Source of the DNA: an uncultured euryarchaeote
GTDB lineage: Archaea > Thermoplasmatota > Poseidoniia > Poseidoniales > Poseidoniaceae
NCBI GenBank assembly: GCA_937911345.1
Contig: CALDPP010000186.1
Location: 1-54,690 of the forward strand
Direction of reading: 5' to 3'
DNA length: 54,690 nucleotides
Shown here: in pieces, positions 7,753 through 16,439 of the stretch
Layout: each line of letters starts with the position of its first letter
How positions within the stretch are numbered: position 1 is the first letter of the stretch
The notes under the pieces: generated by a model
Told to the model about the DNA's origin: nothing
The model's input: only the letters and a program-made list of their open reading frames with translations
Databases searched by the model: none
Made by a program: the position numbers and the translations under genes

Positions 7753-10700
7753 ATGAGTCAAACATTCAAATCCGTGAGTTTAGTATCAATTATGCTGTTA
7801 TCTGTATTGTCCGGAATGGTCGTTGCTAGCGATTATGCCGAAGCAAATACTGTGGTTATTACTGAGCCACAACAAATTGTTGACGGTGGCTCAGCATCGG
7901 ATACTCAGACTGCGATAGTAGGTGACAGCCAAGGAAATGTGCACATTATCTGGGCTAGAAATAGTCTACATTTGTACTATTCAATGGTTGCAAGTAACGG
8001 TGAAATTCTTATTGATGCTACTCAAATAACCAATCCGGGAATTCACAAAGTTTGGCACCCTGATGCAGCAGTCGACGAAGATGATAACATCCACATTGTT
8101 TGGACGGACAAATCCGGAACTCACAAAATCATGTACACTGCTCTAAGCCCGTACAAAATACAACCATTCAACGGACAACCATCAACAGATGGAGCCATAA
8201 CTGGTATCGACGACACAGTAATCTCGCAACGTGCTCAAGACCGTGATTGGCCATCACTCGATATCGATTCTCAAGGTAATGTTCACATCGCTTGGGAAGA
8301 TGAGTATGATGAACTTGAAAAATTCTTTAATCAGCCACAAATTTACTATTCGATGATTGAACCTGATTTTGTTACCCAAGATGTGATCACTCTATTTGAT
8401 GATACACTACTAACGCCAATTATCGGTCACAAAGGTCATCCTGATATCGTGGTCGATGCTAATGATCAAGTGCAAATTGCTTGGGATGATACCCGTGGTG
8501 GTAAGGTAGAATTAGTATTCGTTATCGATACATCAGGATCTATGTATTCAGAATGGGCAGATGTGTGCACAGTAATTTATGGCGGTACTTTCTCTGATGG
8601 CTCAGCATTCGAAGGGATAAAACCACTTCTTGAAGTTGCCAACATGACCGTATATGAGACAATTTACGGCCTTGATGGTGGTTTTGGATTACCATCGGCT
8701 GCAGACAGTGGCGATTGTGCAGGATATAATCAAAATGCAGGGCCTCGTTCAACTCCATTAGGAGATGGTGACGATTCTGGAGGTATCAGAACCCTGTCAA
8801 CAACTGTGTACAATGGCAACCCATACTCGGGCAACTCTGGTGAAGATTGGGGTCCTGGTACAAACTGGGCATGCTTGTCTTGGAGAGATGCAAACGACAA
8901 TGTTCCAGGAATTCCATTAGCGGGAGGGCCTAATCACAAGTGGAACCCAAACGCAACAAAAATTGTACTTCCAGTATCTGACGAAGGGCCAAAAGACGGT
9001 GACCCATCACAACAGGCCGATGATATCAGCTCAATCAACGAAGCTCACGACAGTTGTGTCAGAGCAGGAGTTATTCCAATTGGTCTGTACGGCCAAGGTT
9101 ATGGTGGAGCAGGAAATATCCAATCGCATTTCCTTGATTTAGCAAAATGTCCAAACGGAGTAGTATCTACCCAACCAAGAAATTGCCCGGGTGCCGATCC
9201 AGCAAATAATCCAAGCAATGTCAATGCTGGTGGCCAAGCATACGAGTTCCCATCCGGAAGCGGTGGTGCAGGCGCTATGGCTTTACTTGTCGAAGCGATG
9301 GTTTACGTTGCAACAAACAACTCTCGAGAAATCTACATGACAGTATTAGATCCATATGCAAAGATGGAAAATGACCCTTCATGGACACCAGGTGCATCAG
9401 GTCATACGGTCGCTAACGGCGGTTATGTCGAAGACACAGGCCCCGCAGAAACAGGTCATTTAGTCGTAGTAAATGATACTCGAGTCACTATAGATGATGC
9501 TTATTCTTTCCACCCATCAATAGGTGTCGATATGCAAGGCAATACCCACATTGCTTGGATGGATGCTAGAGATTATGGTTTCGAAAAATCTGCCAACTAT
9601 GAAGTGTACTATACTAAACTCAGACTACAAGGTGCAGGAGCGTTCGATGGTGCTGAGGAAGGTCTCTCGACTTATGCGATAAAGAAAATTCAAGATACTG
9701 CCATCTCTAATGTCGAAGGTTTAGGCGGTTTGACACCGAGCCGACCTTGGTCTGGACATTCGATTTTCCCAGCCTTGCTAACCGACGAGCAAAACAATGT
9801 GCACATCGCTTGGGTCGATTCTGCTAACGTAACTGCTGGTGAAGAAATTCAGTATACTCGATTAAATCAAACAGATCTTACAGGTTTGGGCGAATTTGCT
9901 TTGGACCCATGGGAAATAGTTTCGATTACCAGTTGGGCCAGCAATAAACTTGGTACAGACACCGGAGGCAGGCCAGAAATTGGTATGCCGCCTGCATTTG
10001 CTAACGATTTAGGTAGTGGTGCTCACGTTGGCTGGTCAGATCGAAATAAGTGTAATGATGAACAGAACGGCGCCTTCACAATTTGTTATTCTCATGTTCT
10101 CACTGGGCAAGTTGATGTTGAATTAGAACTCGGAGAAACGTTCTATCATGTGATAGAACCTGGAGAGCAAACAATGTACAATTTGACTATGAATAACTCA
10201 ACACCCGGAGACATTGAACTCGTTGCTGACACCTACGGGCTCAATGTTACTGGCGTGCCACAGAATTGGACTGCACAGATATTCTTCTCGGAGAACCAAA
10301 CACAGATCACCCCAACAACTCCAATCTATCTAAAGGGTGGAGAATTCATCAATTTCTATCTTAGAGTACAAGCTCCGACTATCTATCAGGCCAATGAAGA
10401 TGAGTTAGCTCAAATTGTCGTAACTGCCAAGTCCTACAAAGACCCAGCAATACGGTCAGACCTTACCACTCTAACCCTAATGGATGTCGTTCACGGCATA
10501 AGCCTGGATACATCGCTTAGTGTACAGGACATAGAACAAGGTAGTCAGGCGACTTTCTCAATTACAATTACCAATACAGGTAACGTGCAAGATAGTTTCC
10601 TGTTCTGGGATCCAAATACCCTTGAGGGGCAGCAAGAATGGCTACTACCGTTTGGTTGGGAGATAACCTTCCCACTCCGTGTTGAGCTTGACCCAGGTAA

Positions 10701-12897
10701 ATCTACAACCAAGATACTAACTGTAAAGGTTCCATCAACTGAAGACCCAGGAGCATTCGTAATTTATCTTAAAGGCTGGTCTGAGGGTGAACCGATTAAG
10801 TCTGTAGACAAGGGGACTTACGATATTCTAGAATTGGGAATATTCGTGTCCATACAATCGGAAGGAAACATAGTGTTTGAGGAGTTACTGGCCGACGAAA
10901 GAGAGGTCGAAGTAATGGCTGGCGATTGTCACACCTTCGAGCAAGATGTCACTAAGAACTTCGAATCGGGCAACCTTATATTCAGCACACCCGGAGCGCC
11001 TGAAGCCCAACCAGATGACATAGACGAAGCAACATGGCGTCAGTCCAACTGGGTTCTAGACATTGATTTCTCACAAACTCCAGGAGGCGCTGATGCGACA
11101 CTAGGTGAGCCAATTGAGTGGAAACTTGATGCAGGAACTACCTTCAGAACATGGATGGTTAGAGTCAATGTATGTGTGCCAGATGATGCAAGCATCGGCT
11201 CAAAGAGTTTCACACTGCAAGCCAATCTAGAGGGTTATCAGAAAGTATCCGACTCTGGAAGATATACCGTCAACGTCATTCATGAGTACAGCCTTGACTC
11301 TCAGATTGAGTTAGAGGCGGATAGAATAGTATCTGTAACAGATTCTAATGGCAACCCAATATCAGCAATAGCGGTAAATCCGGGTGAAAATTTGGTACTT
11401 CCAGTAACTACAATGAACAATGGTAACGGACCAGATAGGTTCGATTTCCGTTTGACTACCGTGATTGATCCTACTGGAGTACCAGTAAGAACAGGACACT
11501 GGGATATCATTATTCCTAGAGAAAGTCTAGAAGAATTAGACCGTGACTCAGATCAAACATTTGATGTTCTAATGAACATTCCTGAATTTGATATTGGTGC
11601 AGGATTATATGTCGTTGAGTTCAAGACTCTTTCCGAAGAAGCATATCCAAATGAGCAAAATAGGATTACAAGAGAGCGCGATGTAGATTTCTTGTATGTC
11701 TATGTTAACGAATTCTACGACATGGAAATCAGTATGGACCCAACAGTGGATAATCCAGTGAAAGTTTCAGCTCCAGGTAAAATAGTTAGTTTTGCATTAA
11801 ACATCACCAACAACGGCAATGTACAAGATTGGCCCTCACTGGACAATCACACAGCTCAATCACAAGGCAATGACTTGGTATGGAATGAACTACCAGGAAT
11901 GGGCGCATTGAGCGGATGGTCGGTAGAATGGCGTACAATCAAGAAGATCAGCAATGATTTGAGCGTTGATGAAGAGTGTGTTGTTATCACAGATCCAATG
12001 CCAGCTGCAGATGCTAACCAACTTGAAATCGATGCATATTACTCAATGATTGAAGAAATGCAAGACTCGAATAGATGTGCTTACCTAGAAGTAGATAACA
12101 TATACATGGCGCCAAAACTAGCACCATATCAAACAATCGAGATGATTGCTGTAGTAAAAATATCAACCACTGCGAAATTAGATACTCGTAACGTTGGTCT
12201 CAAGGTTGTATCAATGGCAGGAGATATGACAGAAGGAGGAGACTATGATTCCTCACCGTCATGGCAAGGAGAGGATCTTGACAGCAATGAGTTCATTGTG
12301 ACACTAAGCCTAAAAGCACCAGATTTGGTAATCAAAGACATTAGAGTTTCACAATACAGTGCAGAGATTGATTCAACAATCCCAATTGGTATCACCCTGC
12401 AAAATGTTGGAAATACTCATGCTACAGACATTGAGATTGTTTTGTGTCAATATGATGATGTAAACAGTCAGTCTATTGTTAATGATATTAAGCGCAATGG
12501 ATGTGATGAAGACAGTGTGGTAATGCGACAAGTTGTCGGCGCATTGTTAGCGCCAGATGCTTCAGAGGATGCTAAGGAAATTGAAATTTACCTGCTATAT
12601 CCGGTTGTTGCAGGTAGCAAGGGCGTTTATGTTGTAGTTGATCCAATGAATGAGATTGTTGAAGGTAGTGAAAGTAACAACATTATGGCAGTCTCAGAAC
12701 CACTTGAATCCCCAAGTCCATTCTTTGATGTTGCAGGACAAGTTGTTGGTAAAGCAGCACTACCGTTTGTTGTAATTGTACTAACTCTATCATTACTCGG
12801 CGTAGTTTACTTTGTCGGTAAGGCTAGAAGAGAGGAAGTAAAGAAGCGAATCGCAGAGCAATCTTCATTGGTTAGTGTCTTAGAATCAGGCGACTGA
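7753..12897 (+). CDS. Giant (1714 aa) type-I surface protein: signal peptide, 7-blade-like repeat region with inserted vWA domain, multiple CARDB/NEW3-like Ig-fold domains, C-terminal TM anchor
   Basis: Signal-like N-terminus SLVSIMLLSVLSGMVVAS. Seven repeats of the (G)NxHIxWxD...Y(Y/T) pattern. vWA MIDAS motif VFVIDTSGSMY. Ig-domain motifs TITNTGNVQDSF, NITNNGNVQDW, LQNVGNTHATDIEIV, PFGWEITFP. C-terminal helix LPFVVIVLTLSLLGVVYFVG followed by KARREE. Confidence 0.85.
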   Translation: MSQTFKSVSLVSIMLLSVLSGMVVASDYAEANTVVITEPQQIVDGGSASDTQTAIVGDSQGNVHIIWARNSLHLYYSMVASNGEILIDATQITNPGIHKVWHPDAAVDEDDNIHIVWTDKSGTHKIMYTALSPYKIQPFNGQPSTDGAITGIDDTVISQRAQDRDWPSLDIDSQGNVHIAWEDEYDELEKFFNQPQIYYSMIEPDFVTQDVITLFDDTLLTPIIGHKGHPDIVVDANDQVQIAWDDTRGGKVELVFVIDTSGSMYSEWADVCTVIYGGTFSDGSAFEGIKPLLEVANMTVYETIYGLDGGFGLPSAADSGDCAGYNQNAGPRSTPLGDGDDSGGIRTLSTTVYNGNPYSGNSGEDWGPGTNWACLSWRDANDNVPGIPLAGGPNHKWNPNATKIVLPVSDEGPKDGDPSQQADDISSINEAHDSCVRAGVIPIGLYGQGYGGAGNIQSHFLDLAKCPNGVVSTQPRNCPGADPANNPSNVNAGGQAYEFPSGSGGAGAMALLVEAMVYVATNNSREIYMTVLDPYAKMENDPSWTPGASGHTVANGGYVEDTGPAETGHLVVVNDTRVTIDDAYSFHPSIGVDMQGNTHIAWMDARDYGFEKSANYEVYYTKLRLQGAGAFDGAEEGLSTYAIKKIQDTAISNVEGLGGLTPSRPWSGHSIFPALLTDEQNNVHIAWVDSANVTAGEEIQYTRLNQTDLTGLGEFALDPWEIVSITSWASNKLGTDTGGRPEIGMPPAFANDLGSGAHVGWSDRNKCNDEQNGAFTICYSHVLTGQVDVELELGETFYHVIEPGEQTMYNLTMNNSTPGDIELVADTYGLNVTGVPQNWTAQIFFSENQTQITPTTPIYLKGGEFINFYLRVQAPTIYQANEDELAQIVVTAKSYKDPAIRSDLTTLTLMDVVHGISLDTSLSVQDIEQGSQATFSITITNTGNVQDSFLFWDPNTLEGQQEWLLPFGWEITFPLRVELDPGKSTTKILTVKVPSTEDPGAFVIYLKGWSEGEPIKSVDKGTYDILELGIFVSIQSEGNIVFEELLADEREVEVMAGDCHTFEQDVTKNFESGNLIFSTPGAPEAQPDDIDEATWRQSNWVLDIDFSQTPGGADATLGEPIEWKLDAGTTFRTWMVRVNVCVPDDASIGSKSFTLQANLEGYQKVSDSGRYTVNVIHEYSLDSQIELEADRIVSVTDSNGNPISAIAVNPGENLVLPVTTMNNGNGPDRFDFRLTTVIDPTGVPVRTGHWDIIIPRESLEELDRDSDQTFDVLMNIPEFDIGAGLYVVEFKTLSEEAYPNEQNRITRERDVDFLYVYVNEFYDMEISMDPTVDNPVKVSAPGKIVSFALNITNNGNVQDWPSLDNHTAQSQGNDLVWNELPGMGALSGWSVEWRTIKKISNDLSVDEECVVITDPMPAADANQLEIDAYYSMIEEMQDSNRCAYLEVDNIYMAPKLAPYQTIEMIAVVKISTTAKLDTRNVGLKVVSMAGDMTEGGDYDSSPSWQGEDLDSNEFIVTLSLKAPDLVIKDIRVSQYSAEIDSTIPIGITLQNVGNTHATDIEIVLCQYDDVNSQSIVNDIKRNGCDEDSVVMRQVVGALLAPDASEDAKEIEIYLLYPVVAGSKGVYVVVDPMNEIVEGSESNNIMAVSEPLESPSPFFDVAGQVVGKAALPFVVIVLTLSLLGVVYFVGKARREEVKKRIAEQSSLVSVLESGD

Positions 12898-12908
12898 GCT
12901 GCTCGCGA

Positions 12909-13655
12909 TTACTTTTTGTAATCGCCTAGCCACCAGTATAGGTCTGAGTTTTCTGGGGTTGCTATCACGTGACCAGCCTTTTGTGAAATCTGCCTTTGTA
13001 ACTTAGACCGAACCTCTTCTAAAAGTTCGGAGACTTGACGTTGTCCCAATTGCAGTTCTTTGCTCAATAAGTTTAGATCAAGACGTTTTTCAGGCGCCTC
13101 TATTATCGAATGAATCATTGCTCTTTCTTCATACTGTTCAAAGTCACTATCGACGCCTTGCGATATACGATTACGAATATGTTGGTGCAGTGAAATTAAC
13201 GCATCCCTTTCAGAATCTAATCGCTCAATAACTTGGTTAAGTTCTGCAAGGTGGCCAACACCTTCACTTACTGAGATTCTTTTCCTGCCACTAACCATTT
13301 CAGCAACAGGATGAGTAACTTCTGGCAGTTTACTTGAAAGCCTCATGGGGCCTCCGGAAGGGAGTTTTCTTTGTTCACAATTGAACAAATCAGGCCCTAG
13401 GTCAATCCGAATTGAAATCGCTTCTTGCACAGTATAGATTGTCCTGGGCGGTCCACCCTTTTCACTAGGAACTTTCAATTTAGCAACAAAATTACCATTC
13501 TCTAATTCTCTCAGATGTTTTTTGATAGCTTGCTGACTTACTCCAATCAAATCTGCTAACTGCATTGGATAGTGAGGTTCTCTTACCAACCTCTCTAGAA
13601 TTTGTCTGCGAACTTTGTTCTGTAAAAGCCTGAGTGCAAGGTCAATATCAGCCAT
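12909..13655 (-). CDS. ArsR/TrmB-like winged-helix transcriptional regulator with C-terminal coiled-coil region
   Basis: wHTH VRRQILERLVREPHYPMQLADLIGVSQQAIKKHLRELENGNFV, followed by a helical C-terminal half. The track start at 13697 is a TTG. The ATG at 13655 (MADIDLAL) sits behind an AGGTTGA SD-like motif. Confidence 0.75.
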   Translation of the reverse strand: MADIDLALRLLQNKVRRQILERLVREPHYPMQLADLIGVSQQAIKKHLRELENGNFVAKLKVPSEKGGPPRTIYTVQEAISIRIDLGPDLFNCEQRKLPSGGPMRLSSKLPEVTHPVAEMVSGRKRISVSEGVGHLAELNQVIERLDSERDALISLHQHIRNRISQGVDSDFEQYEERAMIHSIIEAPEKRLDLNLLSKELQLGQRQVSELLEEVRSKLQRQISQKAGHVIATPENSDLYWWLGDYKK

Positions 13656-13698
13656 ATTGCTCAACCTAAGGTTACCTAATTGATGAACCTTTTTCAAT

Positions 13699-14274
13699 TC
13701 AACGGATTCTCATTTTATACCACATTACTGCACCAATTATCGCTAAAGTTAACCCAGTGAATAACAATGATATCGCTAGGGTGGATTTCAAGGACGCTTG
13801 ATAACTCCAATCAACATCAAATTGTTGTAGGGTTTGTGAGTCGTCTCCCCCTGCAACAAAGCGATACTCTCCTGGGACAGGTTGCCAAGTAATCTTTCCA
13901 TCTGAGGATGGGCCACCAGCAATCATATTGACCGAATCTTTCTCACATTCGTAATAATCTCCCTTCAGTTCACATTTACTTGCTTCACTCGCCTCTGCTA
14001 TACCTATCCACACGCCTGCTTTTTCCCATGTAATTTCAACGTCGACATCTGCAGCAATAGCTTCGCTAGGTATCTCGAGAACTTCTCCCGACATTCCCCA
14101 ATAGCATGTTATTTCGTCTTCACCGACGAATGGTAGACCGTCTTCAACAGTACAAGGTGGCAGCATCGCATCAACAGTATCTGCGTCACTTAGGTCTTGA
14201 GTGATTCCAAGTGAAGAAAAAATAACTAATAAAACTCCAAAAATTATCATTCCAATAGAGAAAAATTTCTTCAC
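13699..14274 (-). CDS. Hypothetical bitopic membrane protein: N-terminal signal/TM, about 140-aa Cys-containing extracellular domain, C-terminal TM
   Basis: GTG start preceded by GGGTGAT (SD) with a 3-nt spacer. Helices FFSIGMIIFGVLLVIFSSLG and TLAISLLFTGLTLAIIGAVMWY. Four Cys residues in the exposed part. Confidence 0.6.
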   Translation of the reverse strand: MKKFFSIGMIIFGVLLVIFSSLGITQDLSDADTVDAMLPPCTVEDGLPFVGEDEITCYWGMSGEVLEIPSEAIAADVDVEITWEKAGVWIGIAEASEASKCELKGDYYECEKDSVNMIAGGPSSDGKITWQPVPGEYRFVAGGDDSQTLQQFDVDWSYQASLKSTLAISLLFTGLTLAIIGAVMWYKMRIR

Positions 14275-14283
14275 AACATCACC

Positions 14284-15327
14284 CTAATCTTCATCCCATT
14301 CTTTCCATGCATTAGGTTTTGTTTCAGGTTGTTTGGGGTTATCCTTACTGATACCGCTCTTGATTGGTTTGGTTTTGCTTGATTGTTCTGAGGCAAAACT
14401 TCCCCCTTCATCCCAAGACGCAATTTCTTTCGTATTGGATGCTTTCTTTTCGATTTCAGGTTGGCGAATATCGTTGTAATCGGCAAATGGATCTGCGACC
14501 CTGCTTTGAGCTTCATCAACATCGCCTTTCATCAAGGCAAATACTTGCTCAGTAGTTAGCAAAGTACCCTTTTGTACATCTTCTCGGCCATCAACAAATT
14601 CTTCAGAATCCGATATTCCTGTATCGGCGAATGGGTTGTCAACTTTCTCGACTTTTTGGGATTGTAATTTTGCAATGTTTTCAGGGGTTAAATCTGTGAT
14701 TGGCATTACTTGACCATCTGCCCCCACCATCATTACTTTTGGACCACCAGAGTTCTTGTTTGTCAAGTATAGGATGAATGCCAATGGCAATATTACCAAA
14801 CCAATACAGCATGCTGCACCACCAAAAACGAGCGCAGGTTGCTCTAACATCTTCCACTGTGCTCCAGTCGCATCAACTAGCCATAGAGTCGAATTGTCAC
14901 AGTTTGATTCACATTCTACCTCTAGAACATATTCACCTTTTTCAGCGATGTCCCACTCTTTGATGATGGTGAATCTACTACCGTCTGAATCCATTGGAGT
15001 CCAATCGGTTTTGCAACTGCTTGACTCAATCGGATCACCAGAAATATCTGAGCCACTCATCTTCAGTATACTAACATTGGAAATATCATCTGAAATAACC
15101 ACTGCCGAGTAACAGCTTTCTCTCAATTCAATGGTTTCAGCACCGCCACCTGTTATCGATGCTTCATTGATTTTTTTCGGACTCGATGCCTCATCGATTT
15201 GGTCCATGTTTGAGAAAATGGCTATCGCACCGACCATCAAACACACTAACCCAAGTACCGCAACACGCATTGGCCATGGGTTAGGATTATTCTGCGCCAT
15301 AGACATACCTCGACTGAAGTCCTCCAT
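14284..15327 (-). CDS. Hypothetical membrane protein: TM, about 125-aa Cys-containing extracellular domain, TM, about 160-aa acidic low-complexity cytoplasmic tail
   Basis: Helices MRVAVLGLVCLMVGAIAIF and ALVFGGAACCIGLVILPLAFILYL. The tail carries NPFAD and DPFAD motifs and ends in AWKEWDED. The exact start is ambiguous (ATG at 15327, or downstream Met codons). Confidence 0.6.
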   Translation of the reverse strand: MEDFSRGMSMAQNNPNPWPMRVAVLGLVCLMVGAIAIFSNMDQIDEASSPKKINEASITGGGAETIELRESCYSAVVISDDISNVSILKMSGSDISGDPIESSSCKTDWTPMDSDGSRFTIIKEWDIAEKGEYVLEVECESNCDNSTLWLVDATGAQWKMLEQPALVFGGAACCIGLVILPLAFILYLTNKNSGGPKVMMVGADGQVMPITDLTPENIAKLQSQKVEKVDNPFADTGISDSEEFVDGREDVQKGTLLTTEQVFALMKGDVDEAQSRVADPFADYNDIRQPEIEKKASNTKEIASWDEGGSFASEQSSKTKPIKSGISKDNPKQPETKPNAWKEWDED

Positions 15328-15341
15328 CAATGCTTGTACGA

Positions 15342-16439
15342 CTATGCAAGACCGAGTTCTGCTAATTTTTCCGGTAAATATGTGTCTGTAACGAAATCCA
15401 AACCATATTTCGCTAACGATTGCTGCTCAGCTTTTTTGTTAAGTTCTAACATCATGTTTATCTGGTCTTGCCACCATGAATCAGCAAATCTTGGGTCAGA
15501 TAATTCAGCGTTCAGTGCCTCAATGTCTTTCTTCGAAAGGTCATCACTGGGTAAGTCATAAGCGACAATATCGTCAGAGGTAATTCCTAGATATGTTGCG
15601 CTTGGAGTGGCCAAATATTCAGAAATATGAGCGGTTTTAATTGCACCGTATGCAATAGAAGCAAAGATTCTGAATGACCATGGATCTCCGTCAAGGAATA
15701 CAACTACTGGTAAATCCCATTCTTCACTCATGCGCTTGATAATTCTCCTAGTAGACCTTGCAGGCTGTCCTTTTAGGTGTAATAAGCCACATTTGTAATC
15801 CTCGTCAAAACCATTTTCAACCAACCTGTCAAACATACCACCAGTTTCAATTGCCATGAGGAAGTTAATATCATGTTCAAGAAATTCAATCTTTTCTAGT
15901 TCGACATTGTAAGGAACCCCATATCCGGAATCACCAACATCGTCCCTAGCATTTATTCTCATCCATTCTCCACGACGGTTTCTTTCCTGCAAGGTTAGAT
16001 TGCCGATAATTCTAGCACCGTCTTCTTCAGGTCTAAGTTTGAAATCTTCTCGGAGACATTTTGTAACTATCTCTAAATCCTCGGCTAAGTTATTTGATTC
16101 ATTTTGGCTACCAAATTTACCAAGACCCCAACTCTCTGAGATGTAATACATCTCTCTCAAGGTTGATGATTTACCAGAATCAATCATATCCTCAATGAAC
16201 TCAATAACGTGAAGAGCTCTGAGTAATTGTTTTGCCGAACCCAAACTTGTTGCATCTCTAATCGACTTCTTTTTGCCATACTTGTAAACTCCAAGTTTTC
16301 TATCAAAGCCAATATTATTTTTTGTTCTGACTGGCAAAGTCATTGTTGGAGGCTCACCCTTGACAATTTTATCATACATCTCTGATACTACAGTCTGCAT
16401 TGCAGATTTTGTCTCCTCAGCACTCATTCTTACTGCCAT
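15342..16439 (-). CDS. top6A: DNA topoisomerase VI subunit A (Spo11 homologue)
   Basis: 5Y-CAP region [11 protein letters not shown] and Toprim acidic cluster [15 protein letters not shown]. 365 aa. Its start overlaps the top6B stop (TAATG). Confidence 0.95.
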   Translation of the reverse strand: MAVRMSAEETKSAMQTVVSEMYDKIVKGEPPTMTLPVRTKNNIGFDRKLGVYKYGKKKSIRDATSLGSAKQLLRALHVIEFIEDMIDSGKSSTLREMYYISESWGLGKFGSQNESNNLAEDLEIVTKCLREDFKLRPEEDGARIIGNLTLQERNRRGEWMRINARDDVGDSGYGVPYNVELEKIEFLEHDINFLMAIETGGMFDRLVENGFDEDYKCGLLHLKGQPARSTRRIIKRMSEEWDLPVVVFLDGDPWSFRIFASIAYGAIKTAHISEYLATPSATYLGITSDDIVAYDLPSDDLSKKDIEALNAELSDPRFADSWWQDQINMMLELNKKAEQQSLAKYGLDFVTDTYLPEKLAELGLA

